The translations under genes were made by a program, and so were the position numbers. This document shows positions 18,339 through 27,914 of a DNA stretch of 64,000 nt, piece after piece (the stretch's first letter is position 1; each line of letters opens with the position of its first letter). The stretch is taken from assembly GCA_003056145.1 (NCBI GenBank), contig LSNL01000003.1, positions 137,993 to 201,992 on the forward strand, read 5' to 3'. The notes under the pieces were generated by a model that made no database searches, was not told the DNA's origin, and saw only the letters and a list, made by a program, of their open reading frames with translations. Source of the stretch: Parcubacteria group bacterium M10-OD1-1. GTDB lineage: Bacteria; Patescibacteriota; Minisyncoccia; Moranbacterales; UBA2206.

Positions 18339-18620
18339 ATGGCAAAAATGACAAAGGCACAAATGCTAACCGCTCTAGCGGAAAAAACTGGTTACACTAA
18401 AAAGGAAGTAGCTAGCTTTATGGATACTTTAGCTGAAATGGCGTATTCAGAGGTTAAAAAAAATGGAGAATTTATTCTTCCTGGATTTGGCAAATTAATT
18501 AAGGCCCATAGAAAAGCTAGAATGGGTGTTAATCCAGCTACTGGAGAAAAAATTAGTATTCCAGCTAAAACTGTAACTAAATTTAGATTAGCTAAAGCAG
18601 CTAAAGAAGCCGTTTTGTAA
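18339..18620 (+). CDS. hup: HU family DNA-binding protein
   Basis: LPGFGKL, RKARMGVNPATGE, IPAKTVTKFR. Confidence 0.95.
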   Translation: MAKMTKAQMLTALAEKTGYTKKEVASFMDTLAEMAYSEVKKNGEFILPGFGKLIKAHRKARMGVNPATGEKISIPAKTVTKFRLAKAAKEAVL

Positions 18621-18647
18621 TTTAAAAAAATAGTCTCAGTTATTTTT

Positions 18648-18680
18648 AAAAACCATCTTACGAAAGTAAGATGGTTTTTT
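18648..18680 (+). terminator. Intrinsic terminator after HU
   Basis: AAAAACCATCTTAC-GAAA-GTAAGATGGTTTTTT. Confidence 0.9.
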
Positions 18681-18734
18681 ATTTTTAATCTTGATATAAT
18701 AAAATTATTATAAAACTAAAATAACTTTAATAAT

Positions 18735-18932
18735 ATGGAACAAGACTTAGAAATAAAATTAGAAGCTCAAGATAGAAAGCTAGAGGAAATTTATAAATCT
18801 ATTGAAAGAATGCGGAAATATTTTCTTTGGACCTTGCTTATTACTATTGCTACTATTATTCTTCCCTTAGTAGCCTTTGCTTTTGTTATTCCTTGGTTTA
18901 TCAAAGCTATAACTTCGGCTTATGGAATATAA
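18735..18932 (+). CDS. Small single-TM hypothetical protein
   Basis: Coiled N-terminus (KLEEIYKSIERMRKYFLW) then a hydrophobic helix. Confidence 0.7.
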   Translation: MEQDLEIKLEAQDRKLEEIYKSIERMRKYFLWTLLITIATIILPLVAFAFVIPWFIKAITSAYGI

Positions 18933-18950
18933 AATAAGCAATAATTGACT

Positions 18951-19508
18951 ATGATAAAAGAAATAATTTTAAAAGATAAAAAAATAGAGTATAAAATTAG
19001 AAAAAGCAAAAAAGCTAAACATCTAAAATTAGTTATTAATAATAATGCTGAAATTTTAGTGGTTATTCCATGGAGATTAAGTAATCAAATAGCGGAAGAA
19101 TTTCTTTATCAAAAAATCGATTGGGTTTTAAAAATATTAAGGTCATTAAAAGATAAACCAGTTAGCTTAATATCTAAATCTAATGAAGAAGATTATCAAA
19201 AATATAAAAAATTAGCTCTAGAGGTGGTTAAGAAAAAAATAAATTATTTTAATACCTTTTATAAGTTTTCTTTTAATCGGATTACTATTAAAAATCAAAA
19301 AACTAGATGGGGTAGTTGCTCAATTCAAGGTAATTTAAACTTTAATTACAGAATAATATTTTTAAATGAAAAACTTTGCGATTATATCGTTGTCCACGAA
19401 TTATGCCACCTAAAAGAGATGAATCATTCTAAAAGATTCTGGGGTTTAGTAGCGAAGACTATTCTAGATCATAAAACTAGAAAAAAAATTATTAGAAGTT
19501 TGGAATAA
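18951..19508 (+). CDS. YgjP/DUF45 (SprT-like) zinc metallohydrolase
   Basis: QKTRWGSCS, YIVVHELCHLKEMNHSKRFW. Confidence 0.9.
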   Translation: MIKEIILKDKKIEYKIRKSKKAKHLKLVINNNAEILVVIPWRLSNQIAEEFLYQKIDWVLKILRSLKDKPVSLISKSNEEDYQKYKKLALEVVKKKINYFNTFYKFSFNRITIKNQKTRWGSCSIQGNLNFNYRIIFLNEKLCDYIVVHELCHLKEMNHSKRFWGLVAKTILDHKTRKKIIRSLE

Positions 19509-19533
19509 GGTTAAAAGATAATAGTTTTACAAT

Positions 19534-22500
19534 TTAGCTAATTTCAATCTTACTATTAGGAGCTATTTTTAAAATAGTTTTTTCTAGCTCAAGATTATTT
19601 TCAATAGAATAGGGAGTTTCTAATTTGGCAGAGCCAATAGAGATATAGATTTTCATCTGACCAGTTTTACATTGACTAAAAAAAGTAGACAATTGTTGAA
19701 TAGTTTCTTTTTGAAAATGTTCTGGTAGGTAGATGATTAATTTAGAAGCAGAATTATTAAGTGTTTGGTCGGCAATTTGATTAGAGGAATTTTCGTTAGC
19801 TTTTTGAGTGGCTAAAATTCTTTGAAAATCATTTATTTCCTGTGGAGTAATAATTTTAATACTATCAGCTAAGAGTTTGTAGGTTCCGTCTTTGTCAGAT
19901 ATTTTTCCACTGGCAACAATAATCCTTTCTTCAGTCCAAAGTGAACCAGTAGCTTCAAAAATTTTAGGAAAAACTAAAATTTCTATACTAGCATTCATAT
20001 CTTCTAAAGTTACAAAAAGCATTTCTTTTTGGTTTTTTAAGTATATTTTTTTAATTTTAGCTATAATTCCTCCAATGCTAATATTTTGATTGATATGTTG
20101 ATCAGAAATATTCTTGATAGGTACAGTTATTTTTTGAAAATATTCTTGGTATTCTCTAATGGGATGGTCACTAATATAAAGTCCTAGTAATTCTTTTTCC
20201 CAACCTAAACGTTCTTTTTTAGAGGAAGCTTGAGTTTTAGCTAAACTAATATCAGGGAATTTAATGTCACTAGCTCCAAAAAGACTAACTTGATTAGAAT
20301 TTTTTATTTTCAGAAAGTTTTTGCTGTGAGTTAATATATTGTCAATAGAAGCAACTACTGCGTTTCTTTCAGCAAATTTTTCTAAAGCGCCAACTTTAGA
20401 TAAGGCTTCTACAGATTTTTTATTCAGATCTTTGTGTTCTACTCTTTCTATAAAATTAGTTAGACTAGTAAATTTGCCGTTTGTTTCTCTCTCTTTGACT
20501 ATTTCGTGAGCAATTGTATGTCCAACATTTTTTATAGCATTAAGTCCAAAACGGATTCTCTCAGTTTTTGTTTGAGGATCAATAATAACTGAGAATTCTT
20601 CAAAACTTTCATTGATATCAGGCGGTAAAACTTCAATTCCCATTTCTCGGCATTCAGCTACTTCAATAGCTACCCGGTCAATATTATCTTGATCAGAGGT
20701 TAATAAAGCAGCCATGAATTCAGATGGAAAGTGGGCTTTTAGATAGGCTGTTTGATATCCAATTAAGGCGTAACAAGCAGCGTGAGACCGATTGAAACCA
20801 TATCCAGCAAAAGGCTCAATGTAAGCAAAAACTTTTTCAGCTACTTTTTTATCAATTTTTTGCTTGATACAACCATCAATAAATTTAATTTTTTCTTTTC
20901 TAATTAAAGCAAAAACTTTTTTCCCCATAGCTTTTCTAAGTACATCAGCTTCTCCTAAGGAGAATCCAGCCAAGGCTTGGGCAATTTGCATGACCTGTTC
21001 TTGATAAACAGCTACACCGTAAGTTTTTTCTAAAATTGGTTTGAGCTTTGGATGTAGATAACGGATTTCTTTCTCTCCATGTTTTCTAGCGATAAAATCT
21101 GGAATCCAGTCCATTGGTCCAGGACGATATAAAGCCACCATTGCGATAATATCCTCAAGAACGTTAGGACGCAAAAGTTTTAGATATCTTTTCATTCCTG
21201 AGCTTTCTAACTGGAAAACACCAGTGGTTTTAGCCTGTTGTAAAAGCTCAAAAGTTTTTTTATTATCAGTAGGTATTTTTTCAATATCAATATCTTTTCC
21301 TTTAGTTCTTTTAACAATTCGTAAGGTATTTTGAATAATAGTTAAGTTTTTTAGACCTAAAAAATCCATTTTTAATAAACCAATTTTTTCAATGAAACTG
21401 TATTTAGTAGAAGAAGAATATTGAGTTACAACCCCAGAGCCTTTGCCAGTCATTTTTTGAATAGGCGTGTATTCTACGACTGGATTTTTAGTTATTACTA
21501 CTCCGCAAGCATGCATAGAAGCATGACGTACCACACCCTCTAATCGTTTAGCGGAATCAATAAGTTTTTTTCCGACTGGGTCTCCTTCATAAAGCATTTT
21601 AAAATCCTTAGAATTTTCTAAAGCCTCTGGAATAGTAGAAAACATTGGAATTAGTTTGGCAGTTTTATCACAAAAAGCGTAAGGAATATCTAACGCTCGT
21701 CCCGCATCTCTAATAGCGGCTCTGGCTGCCATAGTTCCGAAAGTAATGATTTGGGCTACATGATCATTGCCATATTTTTTTCGTACATAGTCTAAAACAT
21801 CATCTCTTCGGTCATCAGCAAAATCCATATCTACATCGGGCATAGAAATTCTTTCTGGGTTTAAAAATCTTTCAAAAAGTAAATCATATTCAATAGGATC
21901 TAAATTAGTAATTCCAATTAAATAAGAAACTAAACTTCCAGCCGCACTGCCACGACCAGGTCCAACTACAATTCCTTGTTTTTTCGCCCAATTCACAAAA
22001 TCTTGTACGATTAAAAAGTAAGAAGGATAGCCCATTTTGTTAATAATAGAAAGCTCATATTCTAAGCGTTGACGATATTCTTCGGTAATATTATCGCCAA
22101 ATTTTTCTCTTAAACCTTCTTCGGTTAAATGACGTAAATAACTTTTATCATCAAAACCTTGAGGAACTTCAAAAAATGGTAATTGGGTTTCTCCTAAAGA
22201 TATATCATAATTGCACTTAGCTACAATTTCTTGAGTATTAGCAATAGCTTCGGGTGTGTCCTTGAAATTATCAATCATTTCTTCGGATGATTTCATAGAC
22301 AAATCAAAATTTAAGAGATTCATTCTATTTTCTTCATGCACTTTACGATTCATCTGAATACAAAGTAAAATGTCTTGAGTTTTAGCGTCTTCTCGTCTAG
22401 CGTAATGAATATCTCCAGTAGCGACTACCGGAATACCAGTTTTTTGAGAAATTTCTAACAAGCCTTGATTAGCAATTTGTTGTTTTTCATAGTTAGGATG

Positions 22501-23040
22501 ATGTTGGAGCTCCATATAAAAATTTCCTTGACCAAAAACTTTCTCATACCATTGAGCAATTTCTGTAGCTTGGGGGATGCCTTTATTAATAATTGTTTGA
22601 GGAATTTCTCCTTGGATACAACCACTCATTCCAATTAGACCTTCTCCATATTTCGCTAGAATTTTTTTGTCAATTCTTGGTTTATAATAGAAACCTTCTA
22701 GGTGGGCGATAGAAACCAATTTCATTAGATTTTTGTAGCCAGTTTCATTTCTAACTAAAAGAGTAAGATGATAACGAGTTTTATCTTCTTGAGTATTATT
22801 TTTACTATGCCGACTACCAGCTGTTAAATACATTTCACAACCAATAATTGGCTTTATGCCTGCTTCTTTAGCTTTGATATAAAATTCTACAGCTCCATAC
22901 ATTACACCGTGGTCTGTTAGGGCTAAAGAGTCCATTCCAAGTTCTTTGGCTCGATTAATTAAATCATCAATTTTAGCTAAACCATCTAAAAGAGAATAAT
23001 GAGAATGGACATGAAGATGAGTAAATTTTTGTTGAAGCAT
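19534..23040 (-). CDS. dnaE: DNA polymerase III subunit alpha
   Basis: HLHVHSHYSLLDG PHP domain, GPGRGSAAGS, MPDVDMDF, YGFNRSHA. Confidence 0.98.
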   Translation of the reverse strand: MLQQKFTHLHVHSHYSLLDGLAKIDDLINRAKELGMDSLALTDHGVMYGAVEFYIKAKEAGIKPIIGCEMYLTAGSRHSKNNTQEDKTRYHLTLLVRNETGYKNLMKLVSIAHLEGFYYKPRIDKKILAKYGEGLIGMSGCIQGEIPQTIINKGIPQATEIAQWYEKVFGQGNFYMELQHHPNYEKQQIANQGLLEISQKTGIPVVATGDIHYARREDAKTQDILLCIQMNRKVHEENRMNLLNFDLSMKSSEEMIDNFKDTPEAIANTQEIVAKCNYDISLGETQLPFFEVPQGFDDKSYLRHLTEEGLREKFGDNITEEYRQRLEYELSIINKMGYPSYFLIVQDFVNWAKKQGIVVGPGRGSAAGSLVSYLIGITNLDPIEYDLLFERFLNPERISMPDVDMDFADDRRDDVLDYVRKKYGNDHVAQIITFGTMAARAAIRDAGRALDIPYAFCDKTAKLIPMFSTIPEALENSKDFKMLYEGDPVGKKLIDSAKRLEGVVRHASMHACGVVITKNPVVEYTPIQKMTGKGSGVVTQYSSSTKYSFIEKIGLLKMDFLGLKNLTIIQNTLRIVKRTKGKDIDIEKIPTDNKKTFELLQQAKTTGVFQLESSGMKRYLKLLRPNVLEDIIAMVALYRPGPMDWIPDFIARKHGEKEIRYLHPKLKPILEKTYGVAVYQEQVMQIAQALAGFSLGEADVLRKAMGKKVFALIRKEKIKFIDGCIKQKIDKKVAEKVFAYIEPFAGYGFNRSHAACYALIGYQTAYLKAHFPSEFMAALLTSDQDNIDRVAIEVAECREMGIEVLPPDINESFEEFSVIIDPQTKTERIRFGLNAIKNVGHTIAHEIVKERETNGKFTSLTNFIERVEHKDLNKKSVEALSKVGALEKFAERNAVVASIDNILTHSKNFLKIKNSNQVSLFGASDIKFPDISLAKTQASSKKERLGWEKELLGLYISDHPIREYQEYFQKITVPIKNISDQHINQNISIGGIIAKIKKIYLKNQKEMLFVTLEDMNASIEILVFPKIFEATGSLWTEERIIVASGKISDKDGTYKLLADSIKIITPQEINDFQRILATQKANENSSNQIADQTLNNSASKLIIYLPEHFQKETIQQLSTFFSQCKTGQMKIYISIGSAKLETPYSIENNLELEKTILKIAPNSKIEIS

Positions 23041-23239
23041 AATTTTTGGAAAATAAAAAACCTAATCTTTAAAAAGACAAGGTTAAAATTATAAAAAATG
23101 AGAGACAAATAAATTCATTGTTTTTTATCTAACTGCATAGCTCTGATTGCTCAATGAGTTTTGCCAATTAGGATAATTTAAAGCTTTTTTATTATAGCAT
23201 ACCTAGTAATTTTATCCAGTTTCTCCAGAAAAAAATAAA

Positions 23240-23274
23240 AAAGAGTTGAGACAAAAATTTTGTCTCAACTCTTT
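23240..23274 (-). terminator. Perfect inverted repeat terminator
   Basis: AAAGAGTTGAGACAAAA-A-TTTTGTCTCAACTCTTT, followed by a T-run on the minus strand. Confidence 0.85.
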
Positions 23275-23278
23275 ATCG

Positions 23279-23470
23279 CTAGCGCCGACCAAGGTTGGTC
23301 GGTCGAGAAAGAATTCTCCCTCTTTTGTAAAAAAATATTAAGGATTTAATATATAGACACGGTAAAAATAATAGTATTTTTCTAATCGCAAAAACTACAA
23401 CTACCACTAGAAAAATAGGTATCAACAATATCGCAAAAAATGTTGCAATCATATCTCCCAAAAAAATCAT
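23279..23470 (-). CDS. Small hydrophobic orphan membrane protein
   Basis: SD AAGGAGG before the ATG at 23470 (ORF track starts at 23485); long TM then basic tail. Confidence 0.55.
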   Translation of the reverse strand: MIFLGDMIATFFAILLIPIFLVVVVVFAIRKILLFLPCLYIKSLIFFYKRGRILSRPTNLGRR

Positions 23471-23572
23471 TATTTCCTCCTTCATTTTCTAATTTTTAAG
23501 AAACTAAAATTAAATTAGCTAGAGCTAATTCTCAAAGTAGTATATAATTAAATTAATTATAATGCAAGCTTT

Positions 23573-24292
23573 ATGCAAATACCAGATTGGAAAATTGAAG
23601 AAAAATTATGGCAAGATGGTTGGAACCTAATCATTGGAATTGATGAAGCGGGAAGAGGCCCGTTGGCTGGTCCAGTAGTGGCGTGCGCACTTGCCTTACG
23701 TAAACAAGAAAACCCTCAGTTAAGAACAACTGGCTTAATTGAAACCTCAGAAAGTTCTCAATTAATTGAAGAAAATGATAAAAATTGGGATTTGGTAAGA
23801 GATTCAAAAAAACTTTCTGCTCAGCAACGAGAAAGAATTTTTGATTTTATTCAAGATAATTTTTATGTTGGTGTTGGTATTTGTAATCATCAAACTATTG
23901 ATAGGATAAATATTTTACAATCTTCGTTCTTAGCTATGAAAGAAGCAATCACCAGTCTAGAAAAAAATATTCCTTTAATTAAGAAAAAATCTCAAGATAA
24001 TTTTAGAAATATTATTTTGGTTGATGGAAATAAAAAAATTCCTAATCTCAGTAGAGAACAGGAAGCGATTATTAGTGGAGATAAAATTGTGAAATCAATT
24101 TCGGCGGCTTCAATTATAGCTAAAGTTACTAGGGATAGAATAATGTTAAAAGCTCATAAAAAATATCCTCAATACCGGTTTGATAAACATAAGGGATACG
24201 GGACAAAAATTCATATGGAAGCACTCTCGCAATTTGGTCCCTGCGAAATCCATAGGCAAAGTTTTAAGCCAGTAAAGAGATGTTTGAAATAA
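23573..24292 (+). CDS. rnhB: Ribonuclease HII
   Basis: GIDEAGRGPLAGPVVA, DSKKL, AASIIAKVTRD, HKGYGT. Confidence 0.97.
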   Translation: MQIPDWKIEEKLWQDGWNLIIGIDEAGRGPLAGPVVACALALRKQENPQLRTTGLIETSESSQLIEENDKNWDLVRDSKKLSAQQRERIFDFIQDNFYVGVGICNHQTIDRINILQSSFLAMKEAITSLEKNIPLIKKKSQDNFRNIILVDGNKKIPNLSREQEAIISGDKIVKSISAASIIAKVTRDRIMLKAHKKYPQYRFDKHKGYGTKIHMEALSQFGPCEIHRQSFKPVKRCLK

Positions 24293-24383
24293 TTTAAAAG
24301 TGAGAATAGTAAAAGAGGCTATTTTTTCATCAATAGAGATGGATTAAGTTGATTTTATTAGTTAAATGCGATACTATGGCGAC

Positions 24384-25994
24384 ATGAAAAAAGAAATTCA
24401 AAAAATGGTAAAAAAAGCTGTTCAAGAGCTTAAAAAAGAAAAAAAAGCTGAATTTAAGTTACCTGAAATTGAGATAGAATACTCTAAGAATATTATTTTT
24501 GGAGATTATACTACTAATATAGCGATGATTTTGGCTAAATCACTTAAAGAAAATCCGTTAATAATAGCTCACAAAATTATTCAACTGCTAGGAGAAAAAA
24601 AATTTTTGGCAAAAGTTGAAGCTGTAGCTCCTGGTTATATAAATTTTCATTTAGCAGAAAAATATCTTCAAACTAAATTAGAAGAAATTTATATACAAGA
24701 TAAAAAATTTGGGGATAGCACTATTGGTATCGGAAAAAAAGTTAATAATGAATTTATTTCGGCTAATCCTACTGGTCCCTTGCATCTTGGTAATGGCAGA
24801 GGAGGTTTTTATGGTGATGTTATTGGAAGGATATTAACTAAAGCTGGTTATTTAGTAACTAATGAATACTATGTTAATGATGCTGGAGAACAGATTATAA
24901 AATTAGGACATAGTGTACTAAAGGATCAGAAAGCAGTTTATCAAGGTGAATATATTGATGAATTACATAGAAAATTTTCTCTAGAAAAAGAGGCGAAAAC
25001 AATTGGACAAAAATCAGCTCAAGAAATATTAGAAAAAACAATTAAAAAAGTTGTTCAAGAGCAAATGAATATTAAAATTGATTCTTGGGTTTCAGAAGTA
25101 GCTATTCAAAAAGAACATTATATTGAGAAAGCCTTGGATATTTTTCAAAAGAAAAATTTAATTTATCAAAAAGAAGGAGCTACTTGGTTAAGAACTACTA
25201 AATTTGGCGACGATAAAGATAGAGTGCTAATTAAGAAAAATGGGCAAAAAACTTATTTTGCTTCAGACTGTGGCTATTTACTTAGTAAAAAAGAAAGAGG
25301 CTTTGATAAATTGATTGAAATTTGGGGAGCTGATCATCATGGTTATATGGCTAGATTTCAATCAGCTGCTCGTGCATTAGATTTTTTAGGAGAGCTAAAG
25401 TTTATCATTGTTCAATTGGTTCGTTTAGTCAAAGAAGGAAAAGAGGTTCGGATGTCAAAGCGGGCTGGTAATGTGGTTTATATTGATGAATTAATCAATG
25501 AAGTCGGTCAAGATGTAACGAGATTTTTTTTCTTAATGTATTCACCTAATACTCATATGGATTTTGACTTGGGACTAGCAAAAGAAAAATCGCAAAAAAA
25601 TCCAGTTTTTTATGTCCAATATGCTCATGCTAGAATTAGTTCTATTCTAAGAAAAAATAAATTAGATTTACAATCTTCCTTGGGATCTAAAAAAGTAAAT
25701 TTATCATTATTAAATCATCCGAAAGAATTAGAATTGATGAGAGAATTAAATAAATTTCCTGAATTAATAGAAGAGCTGGCTAATAATTTAGAGGTGCATA
25801 AATTACCTTATTACGCTACTAAATTGGCAGATAAGTTTCATTCGTTTTATGCTCAATGTCAAGTTAATGATAAAGATAATCAGGAACTTTCTTTAGCTAG
25901 ACAAAAACTAGTTAAAGCTGTTAAAATAGTATTAGCAGAAACTTTGAATCTGATTGGCGTAGAAGTTCCTGAACGAATGGAAAAACAAGATTAA
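24384..25994 (+). CDS. argS: Arginine--tRNA ligase
   Basis: EFISANPTGPLHLGNGRG, WGADHHGY, MSKRAG, YVQYAHAR; second ATG preferred (ORF track starts at 24366). Confidence 0.97.
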   Translation: MKKEIQKMVKKAVQELKKEKKAEFKLPEIEIEYSKNIIFGDYTTNIAMILAKSLKENPLIIAHKIIQLLGEKKFLAKVEAVAPGYINFHLAEKYLQTKLEEIYIQDKKFGDSTIGIGKKVNNEFISANPTGPLHLGNGRGGFYGDVIGRILTKAGYLVTNEYYVNDAGEQIIKLGHSVLKDQKAVYQGEYIDELHRKFSLEKEAKTIGQKSAQEILEKTIKKVVQEQMNIKIDSWVSEVAIQKEHYIEKALDIFQKKNLIYQKEGATWLRTTKFGDDKDRVLIKKNGQKTYFASDCGYLLSKKERGFDKLIEIWGADHHGYMARFQSAARALDFLGELKFIIVQLVRLVKEGKEVRMSKRAGNVVYIDELINEVGQDVTRFFFLMYSPNTHMDFDLGLAKEKSQKNPVFYVQYAHARISSILRKNKLDLQSSLGSKKVNLSLLNHPKELELMRELNKFPELIEELANNLEVHKLPYYATKLADKFHSFYAQCQVNDKDNQELSLARQKLVKAVKIVLAETLNLIGVEVPERMEKQD

Positions 25995-26022
25995 AAAAAT
26001 AGTGAAGTTCTAAAATAATTTT

Positions 26023-27186
26023 ATGAAAATAGGTATAGATGCTAGAACAATTTTAAATCCCGAAAAAGGTGAAGCAATTGGTATTGGGCATTACACTTAT
26101 CAGCTAATCCGTTACCTTTTACAAATTGATCAAGAAAATGAATATGTTCTTTTCTTTGATTTTAGGGTAAGAGAAAAAGATGTTAAAAAATTTACTAAAC
26201 CAAATGTTAAGATAAAATTTTATCCTTTTTCTGATTACAAAAAATATTTACCAGGTGCTTACAATGAAATTTTAGGATCAGCTACTCTTGCTAAAGAGCA
26301 TTTAGATGTTATACATACTACCTCTCCTTTGAGTAGAATTCCAATTAGTTATCGAGGAAAAACAATTGTTACCGTACATGATTTAGCAATTTATAAAGTG
26401 CCAGAAGTATTTCCAAAGATTAGGAGAACTAAAATGAAAGCCACACTCAGTTTAATGGTTAATAAAGCTAATAAAATAATTACTGTTTCAGAATCTACCA
26501 AAAAAGATGTAACGGAAATATTTCATTATCCAGAAAAAGATATTCAAGTAGTTCATAGTGGTTTTGATAAACGTCTTTTTGAAGAACCAAAAATTAGTCG
26601 GGAAAAAACTTTAGCCCAATATGGGGTTAATCATAACAAGAAATACATTTTATTTTTAGGTACTATTGAGCCAATCAAAAATATTACTAGACTTTTTGAA
26701 GCTTTCAAAAATTTTCAAGATCAATGGTTGAAGAAAAACAAAGAAAAAGAGTACCAGTTAGTTTTAGCTGGAAAAAACGGTTGGTTAGCTTCAGAATATA
26801 AACAAATAGCTAAAAATATAGGAATTGCTAAAGATGTTATTTTTACGGGATATGTAGTTGGCGATGAATTAGTGCCTCTCTTTAAAAATGCTGATTTTTT
26901 TATAATGCCATCCTTATATGAAGGATTTGGAATGACGGTTTTAGAGGCTTTTGCTACTAAAACTCCAGCTATTGTTTCTAATGTTTCTTCTATTCCAGAA
27001 GTAGCTGGCGAAGCAGCTTTATTGGTTGATCCTTGGAACGTAAAAGATATTACAGAAGCAATGATGAACTTTTCTCAAAATGAAGAGTTGAAAGATAAAT
27101 ATAGAAAATTAGGCAGTGAGCAATTAAAAAAATTTAATTGGGAAAAATGTGCTCGAGAAACGTTGGCTATTTATAAAAGTATTTAA
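26023..27186 (+). CDS. Glycosyltransferase family 4 (GT-B)
   Basis: MKIGIDAR, TVHDL, PSLYEGFGMTVLEA, SSIPEVAG. Confidence 0.92.
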   Translation: MKIGIDARTILNPEKGEAIGIGHYTYQLIRYLLQIDQENEYVLFFDFRVREKDVKKFTKPNVKIKFYPFSDYKKYLPGAYNEILGSATLAKEHLDVIHTTSPLSRIPISYRGKTIVTVHDLAIYKVPEVFPKIRRTKMKATLSLMVNKANKIITVSESTKKDVTEIFHYPEKDIQVVHSGFDKRLFEEPKISREKTLAQYGVNHNKKYILFLGTIEPIKNITRLFEAFKNFQDQWLKKNKEKEYQLVLAGKNGWLASEYKQIAKNIGIAKDVIFTGYVVGDELVPLFKNADFFIMPSLYEGFGMTVLEAFATKTPAIVSNVSSIPEVAGEAALLVDPWNVKDITEAMMNFSQNEELKDKYRKLGSEQLKKFNWEKCARETLAIYKSI

Positions 27187-27300
27187 TTAAAATAAATATT
27201 ATCAAGCCAGCATATAAGTAATATTGACTTTATTACTGCAATAGGTTTAAAATAGAAAAATGATACTTGTAAAAAATATTAAAATTTTAATATAGAAAAA

Positions 27301-27612
27301 ATGTTTAAATCAATTACTAAAGAAGAAGCTGAAAAATTATTAGCTGAAAAAACTCAAGATAAAAATTTTGCTATCATAGATGTTCGTACACCTCAAGAAT
27401 TTGCTATGGGATATATTGGTGAGGCAATGAATATTGATTTGTATGATTCTGATTTTGTAGAAAAAATAAAAAAATTAGATAGAAATAAAGTTTATTTTAT
27501 CTATTGCAGGAGTGGTAGTCGATCTAAAGCCGCTTTGGAAGTAATGGAGCAAGTAGGTTTTGAAGAGGTATATGAATTGATGAACGGAATTTTAGATTGG
27601 AATTTTAGTTAA
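27301..27612 (+). CDS. Rhodanese-like sulfurtransferase
   Basis: IIDVRTPQEF, YCRSGSRS. Confidence 0.92.
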   Translation: MFKSITKEEAEKLLAEKTQDKNFAIIDVRTPQEFAMGYIGEAMNIDLYDSDFVEKIKKLDRNKVYFIYCRSGSRSKAALEVMEQVGFEEVYELMNGILDWNFS

Positions 27613-27621
27613 AAATTTTAA

Positions 27622-27823
27622 AGGCGGTAGAAAGAGTTATCAACTCTTGAATTCTAATTCTTATTTTTAGAATACGCTATGAAAAGAAATTCTTTATTTG
27701 ATAAAGAAGAGTAGAATTCATCGGGTAAGCCCGTAACAGCTATCATTAAGTTCTGGCTAGCCAGAAGAATTAAGGTGGTACCACGATTATTCGTCCTTAA
27801 ACATTTTGTGTTTAAGGTTTTTT
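27622..27823 (+). promoter_or_regulatory. T-box riboswitch leader of ileS, short Stem I, transcriptional
   Basis: AATTAAGGTGGTACCACG...CGTCCTT antiterminator; terminator CCTTAAACA/TGTTTAAGG-TTTTTT; hairpin AAGAG-TT ATC AA-CTCTT with Ile codon ATC. Confidence 0.9.
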
Positions 27824-27914
27824 ATTAACGGATCTAGATTTGTTTTAATAAAAATAAGGATTTATTGGAATAAATATAAATGGGTTATATATAAAAATTA
27901 AAAAAATTAAAATT

